From: Syntrophales bacterium
Lineage (GTDB): Bacteria > Desulfobacterota > Syntrophia > Syntrophales > UBA2210
DNA length: 64,000 bases
Direction: 5' to 3'
NCBI GenBank assembly: GCA_963662405.2
Contig: CAXXKT010000001.1
Span: 1,856,001-1,920,000, forward strand
Shown piece after piece: positions 61,161 through 64,000 of this stretch (the stretch's first letter is position 1; every line of letters begins with the position of its first letter). The position numbers were made by a program, and so were the translations under genes. The notes beneath the pieces are model-generated. The model did not search any database and was not told the origin of the DNA. It was given only the letters and a program-made list of their open reading frames with translations.

Positions 61161-62354
61161 GTGTATCGAATTATGACTGCCCTGTCTGATGAATACCGAA
61201 TGGTGTGGTGGCGTGCCGAGTTTGCAAATCGGAACACGGAACTGACCTACCAAAAACACATGCAGGAGATGATCAACCGGCAGCTGCGGGTTGTTCTTCT
61301 CTTCTGGGGAGGGTTCTTGCTTTCGTTTGCCTACCCTGATTATCTGGCGCTAGGCCTGACCCGTTCATTTTACCATCTCCTGGCCTATCGGTTCGTCATC
61401 GCCCTGGCGATTGTGGGTGTAGTATTCACCATCAGACCCGAGACGAACTCCATAACGATCAGCTCTATCGTCACCATCATTGTTATCGTCGGGTTCTCCG
61501 GCTTTATGATGTTCTTCTATTATCGCCCGGATGCTGTCGTCTGGGTCGTCGGCGTCATCATGATCCAGATCATCGGGCTCCTGATGTTTGTCCCCATCAG
61601 GTTCAGCATGGCCTGTGTCGGAGCCCTTTACGCTGTTGTGATCACCATGATAACCCGCTGGATGATGGGGTCGCCGAAAGCCACTCTTATAGGCCTGTTT
61701 TTTCTGCTCATGCTGCCGCTTGTCCTGGGGGCAGCGACGGCAATGCGGTTGAACCTCCTCCAGCGCAGACAATTCGTCCTCTTGCTGCAAGAGGAAAAAG
61801 CCAATCAGGAACTGGAACTGGAGATCGACCGCCGCCACAGGCTGGAACTGCAACTCAGGGAAATGGCTGCCACGGACCCCCTGACCGGGCTTTTCAATCG
61901 CCGCGAGTATGAAATGCTCCTTATACATGAAATCGAACGGGCCAAACGTACAGGGTCTCCCCTATCAGTCGGTATTTTCGACCTCGACTATTTCAAGAAG
62001 GTGAACGACACCTATGGCCACGGTGCGGGTGATGAGGTGTTGCGCCGAACAGCACAGCTGGTACGGGAGAACCTCCGACAGATTGATATCGTGGGCCGTC
62101 TCGGGGGGGAAGAGTTCATCCTGTTATTACCCGAGACCACCTCTGATAAGGCCGCCGTGATCGGTCGCCGGGTCTTGGAGGTACTCGTATCTACTGATAT
62201 GGGTGTCGGCACCGCTATCGTGCGAGTCACCGCCACGATCGGCATCACCCAACTGCTTCCGACTGATCAGGATTTTAACGCCGTGATCCAACGGGCCGAC
62301 GCCGCCATGTATATGGGAAAAGAGGCCGGACGAAACTGCGTTAAAGTAATTTGA
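61161..62354 (+). CDS. Membrane-bound diguanylate cyclase
   Basis: About 6 TM segments, DPLTGLFNRR, I-site RQID and GGEEF; start could be ATG 61173. Confidence 0.92.
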   Translation: MYRIMTALSDEYRMVWWRAEFANRNTELTYQKHMQEMINRQLRVVLLFWGGFLLSFAYPDYLALGLTRSFYHLLAYRFVIALAIVGVVFTIRPETNSITISSIVTIIVIVGFSGFMMFFYYRPDAVVWVVGVIMIQIIGLLMFVPIRFSMACVGALYAVVITMITRWMMGSPKATLIGLFFLLMLPLVLGAATAMRLNLLQRRQFVLLLQEEKANQELELEIDRRHRLELQLREMAATDPLTGLFNRREYEMLLIHEIERAKRTGSPLSVGIFDLDYFKKVNDTYGHGAGDEVLRRTAQLVRENLRQIDIVGRLGGEEFILLLPETTSDKAAVIGRRVLEVLVSTDMGVGTAIVRVTATIGITQLLPTDQDFNAVIQRADAAMYMGKEAGRNCVKVI

Positions 62355-62479
62355 CGTAAATCAGCAGTCTCCCCCCCAAATATCCTCTGCATGGTCGTCT
62401 GTATCGGCTATGGGTGGCTGCGGTTATCCCCCCCCCCCCCCGCGGAGAATCTTTGAAACAACCGTCGCTGTTTCGCCTC

Positions 62480-62944
62480 TTACCCATTTCTCAAGAGGGC
62501 CTCCAGGACCGCCGCCGTGACCCGATAAATATGGGGGTCCCTGCTCTCACGGGGACCGGCGACGTTCAGGATCCGTATCTTATCGGCTTCAATCCATTGT
62601 TGTAGGGTATTCGCCGCTTTTACGATCGATAGCCTCTCCATGTCGAGATGGATATAAGGGAGCTCATGCCTCTTGGCATATATCTCCGTCAGTGCCGATC
62701 CTCCATCGAGGGGGCCGTGGGAGATGATCACGGTTCCGTCCGATTCGATCACGTTCTGTTCCGTCCGCGCCGCGTAGTCGGGGGTGGGCATCTCGCCTAC
62801 CCGGTATCTGCCGGGGAGAATCCCGTCTTCGGCCCTCCGTCCTCTGGGTACCCAGCCACCGTGGGGAATGCCGAGCCTGATCGCGACGTCGAGGGCGGCC
62901 CGGTCGGCGCCGGTCTGTCCTCCTGATATGATTGTCTTAATCAT
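62480..62944 (-). CDS. SLOG-family protein ('putative molybdenum carrier')
   Basis: IISGGQTGADRAALD, RTEQNV..SDGT and LNVAGPRES motifs. Confidence 0.85.
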   Translation of the reverse strand: MIKTIISGGQTGADRAALDVAIRLGIPHGGWVPRGRRAEDGILPGRYRVGEMPTPDYAARTEQNVIESDGTVIISHGPLDGGSALTEIYAKRHELPYIHLDMERLSIVKAANTLQQWIEADKIRILNVAGPRESRDPHIYRVTAAVLEALLRNG

Positions 62945-63113
62945 CTCATGGACCGTGAATATCTGAGATCCGGAAGACCTTCCCCGTGGCTTACATTGAA
63001 GATGACACAATGCAAAACCATTCCGTGCAGGCAGAAGACCTCCCGGTCCGGAACAGTCGCGTTTCCGATCGAGTCGTTTCCCTCATGAAAGTCACGTGGC
63101 CCTCCAGAGGAAA

Positions 63114-64000
63114 TCACGGCACCTTCCACCCTTTCAGCGCAGCGGCAAAGGGGTTTCCTCCCGATGCCTTCTTCCGCGCGGGCGTGCCGCCGGATTGCTT
63201 CTTACCGGAATGGGCATCGTCGGACCGTCCGCTCCGGGGCTCCATGGGATTGGAACGCATCGAGAGCGAGATGCGGCGGCGTGTGAGATCCACATCGATC
63301 ACCGTGACATGGACCTTCTGATTGACGGTCAGGAAATCGTGAGGGTTGCGGATAAAGCGGTCGGCCAGTTCACTGATATGCACGAGTCCATCCTGGTGGA
63401 CCCCGATGTCGACGAAGGCACCGAAGGCCGTCACGTTTGTCACGACGCCGGGAAGTTTCATTCCTCTCTGCAGGTCTGCGATCTCATTGATCCCGTCGGT
63501 AAATGCGAAGAGTTCGAACTGTTCACGCGGATCGCGCCCCGGCTTGGCGAGTTCGTTCATGATATCCGTGAGGGTCGGGATGCCGATATCGTCGGTAACG
63601 TACCGGTCAAGGACAATCCTGCTCCGCAGGGCTCCATCGGTCATCAGGTCAGAAACGGTGGAGTTTTGATCAACCGCCATTGCCTCAACGATCGGATAGC
63701 TCTCGGGATGGACCGCCGACGCGTCGAGGGGATCCGCCGCGCCGCTGATCCTGAGAAACCCGGCTGCCTGCTCGAAGGTCTTTGCCCCCATCCCGGAGAC
63801 CTTTATCAGTTCCAAGCGCGAGCGGAACGGGCCCTGCGCGTCGCGGTGAGCGATGATATTCCCCGCCAGCCGTTCGGAGAGGCCGGAGACATAGCGCAGG
63901 AGCTGCCTGCTCGCGGTATTGACCTCCACGCCGACCCTGTTCACACAGCTGGTGACGACGTCGTCCAGCGATTTCTTGAGGGCCTTCTGATCGACGTCGT
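63114..64000 (-). CDS. tex: Tex family RNA-binding protein, C-terminal part (truncated by the window)
   Basis: VGVEVNTAS, HhH, AVHPESY and S1 domain FGAFVDIGVHQDGLVHIS. Confidence 0.93.
   Translation of the reverse strand, partial: DVDQKALKKSLDDVVTSCVNRVGVEVNTASRQLLRYVSGLSERLAGNIIAHRDAQGPFRSRLELIKVSGMGAKTFEQAAGFLRISGAADPLDASAVHPESYPIVEAMAVDQNSTVSDLMTDGALRSRIVLDRYVTDDIGIPTLTDIMNELAKPGRDPREQFELFAFTDGINEIADLQRGMKLPGVVTNVTAFGAFVDIGVHQDGLVHISELADRFIRNPHDFLTVNQKVHVTVIDVDLTRRRISLSMRSNPMEPRSGRSDDAHSGKKQSGGTPARKKASGGNPFAAALKGWKVP

Noticed and set aside
62428..62441. C14 homopolymer
   Set aside because: Lies between convergent gene ends, so it has no evident phase-variation target; its length may be a sequencing artefact.

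Overview
Mostly core-chromosome DNA of an anaerobic deltaproteobacterium (Desulfobacterota, Syntrophales-like; inferred from gene content). In order: GT4/GH130 mannoside cluster, proC-yggT-yggU, two-component/sigma54 cluster (regulator split by +1 G in a G7 run), formate-channel operon, rpsF-rpsR-yybS-rplI-dnaB, rpoH divergent from dac-clpB-htpX, ispE-tRNA-Gln-[decayed islet]-prs-rplY-pth-hppA-ychF, IS5 remnant, GAF-sigma54 activator, second EF-G, envelope genes (LysM, ctpA, TPR, Tol-Pal, lptD), rplM-rpsI-argC-cysS, greA, radC, GGDEF, tex. The best novelty candidate is an unannotated ~490-nt minus-strand transcript (about 32949 to 32462). It has a consensus sigma54 promoter, two co-varying hairpins with anti-Shine-Dalgarno loops and an intrinsic terminator, and lies directly downstream of the GAF activator. 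Other candidates: a twice-occurring SD/dipeptide-uORF/terminator leader, a lipoprotein built from repeats of the Pal linker, and a decayed att repeat bounding an islet at tRNA-Gln. All calls come from reading the sequence; no searches were run.
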